Shown piece by piece: positions 62,396 to 64,000 of a DNA stretch of 64,000 nucleotides. A program made the translations under genes and the position numbers. The notes under the pieces are model-generated. The model saw nothing but the letters and a program-made list of their open reading frames with translations. It had not been told where the DNA came from and ran no database searches. Every line of letters begins with the position of its first letter. Position 1 is the stretch's first letter. Source of the stretch: Styela clava (Eukaryota); the NCBI RefSeq assembly GCF_964204865.1, contig NC_135259.1, positions 9,486,001 through 9,550,000 on the forward strand, given 5' to 3'.

Positions 62396-64000
62396 TCGAT
62401 ATCGCGCCCTTCGTTGTTTTATTTCAAATTTTGATTCAATAGATTGATCGATAATATGGGTCGTTTCTCCTATCTGAGATCATAAGATATCAGGGTTATT
62501 TCATGTGACAATACAATTTCATAATATAATTCTGGGAGACCTCCAGTACGTGCCTATGTGACCTTAGGTAAATATTACCGGATCGGAAACATTCCGAATT
62601 GATTTATATTACATTGTAAATGTCTATTCAGCAAATCAAATTACTTTGTATATAACCACATCATCAATTCCCATTTGATATTTTGAATTAATTATAATGC
62701 GGAAAAATATTAGACTAACCATTGCTCAAAAGTTGATCTACAATATACAATATCCAGCTTATTTTAACCCTCTGGAGCGGAATCATTGGTAATAATCAAC
62801 CATGGGCAATATTATCAAAGGATTTTGATTAAAACTATGGTTAACGAAAACGGCGCTGCCTTAAAATAGTTCAAGCAAAGTATAGGTCAAGAACCAAAAT
62901 ACTCAACTTTGCACACATACACCAATATTCATTATTCGGCAAATTAAATTTGTTACTTTTAAGGAGGTACATCTGTAAGAGCAGAATTCGGAAGTATTTT
63001 GCAATGACAATACGACATGGCTAGATATAACGTGTGCTTGTTAGTTCCGGGGTTGGAAATGGCATTACGGTGTAAAATGTATCAAAACCACAGCTTCGTT
63101 GGACTCTCTCTGACACTGGCCATCAAAAATCAAACGAATATGACGCAAATTCTAGTATTAATAAACACCTTAAACTATATACATTACCTTGTTTGTTGCC
63201 ATCTCGCTCGCTAAACTAGTTTGATTCCACGGTGAAGTATCTGAAGTCTGGTCTCAGTACCTTCGTTTAATTCCCGGTGGACAACTATGACGATATGGCT
63301 AACTACGGATGTAAATGTCTGGGTTACCAAGTCTGATCAACGTATGCGTAAATCATATAGGACGAGGATGACGCGTATGTCGAGTTAATTATTTTCTAAC
63401 TCTTGATTACCACTGATGCGTTAGGAAGAAGCAAGCTCACGCACGCGACTTTATTGCTCTCCGTCAATTTCTACCGGATCGTCCAGGAGCGTGTTTTTAT
63501 AGAAAGCATAATATTACATTTTCTACTCCTCCACGACATTCTGTTTCTAAATCGTGGTTTTTGATTTTTATCGCAGCATTATTACTGGACAATTATCCCA
63601 AAAATATCACATTGTAAATATTTGTATATATAAGCTATTTTTAACGTCCACAACCCACACGGAAGGCTTGAACTAATAAGCGTAGCAAAAGCAATCAAAA
63701 GTTGGCGCACTCAAATCATGTTTATGGCCTGCTGGAATAACATATTGAGCAAATGATAAAAACGTTTTTGATAAGCACCTAATAAAGGATCTAACATATT
63801 AAAATCAAGTCGGCGTGTGTTTGGTAAGAATAGGAAATATCAGAATTGGTATGTATAAATACCTTCTACATATTTTGTTATTTATTCACATTTTCTTTTC
63901 AAATTTTGCGTAGAGTGCTGATGGTTGGCATTTTTTTTAGCTAAGTAACCAAAATTTTGACAACTCTAAAGCAATATTTGTCTGTCTTCGTGAAATCAAT

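Noticed and set aside
1-64000. CRISPR arrays, rRNA, true tRNA genes, prokaryotic operons
   Set aside because: None seen. The DNA is intron-containing eukaryotic sequence, and the only Pol III boxes noticed belong to the SINE.

Overview
AT-rich eukaryotic genomic DNA with many short GT-AG introns. Gene content and repeat types suggest a marine invertebrate chordate such as an ascidian; this is inference. I reconstructed five spliced protein-coding genes by hand, each with phase-consistent exon chains. (1) Minus strand, 29803 to at least 16313, 28 mapped exons, at least 1650 aa: a secreted protein with signal peptide, trefoil (P-type) domain, a Tyr/Lys/Pro-rich repeat reminiscent of DOPA adhesive proteins, and 28 canonical plus 1 atypical thrombospondin type-1 repeats (TSRs). 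(2) Minus strand, 49165-41343, about 400 aa: an MS4A/CD20-like four-TM protein with a long charged tail. (3, 4) Two tandem annexins with identical 8-exon structure (54288-50304 and 62395-58582, minus). One starts MGN like annexin A13, the other MVN. (5) Between them on the plus strand (55518-56584): a 190-aa type I membrane protein whose Cys-rich module matches the spacing of the BCMA/TACI-type TNF-receptor domain. Mobile elements: two Buster/Charlie-type hAT derivatives with 8-bp TSDs (one carries transposase remnants and a nested tRNA-SINE), three fold-back MITEs (two with GG termini and 8-bp TSDs, Merlin-like) and a Helentron/DINE-like element. About 1-16 kb and 30-41 kb have no supportable coding genes. 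Most ORFs in the supplied track are spurious or are partial exons.
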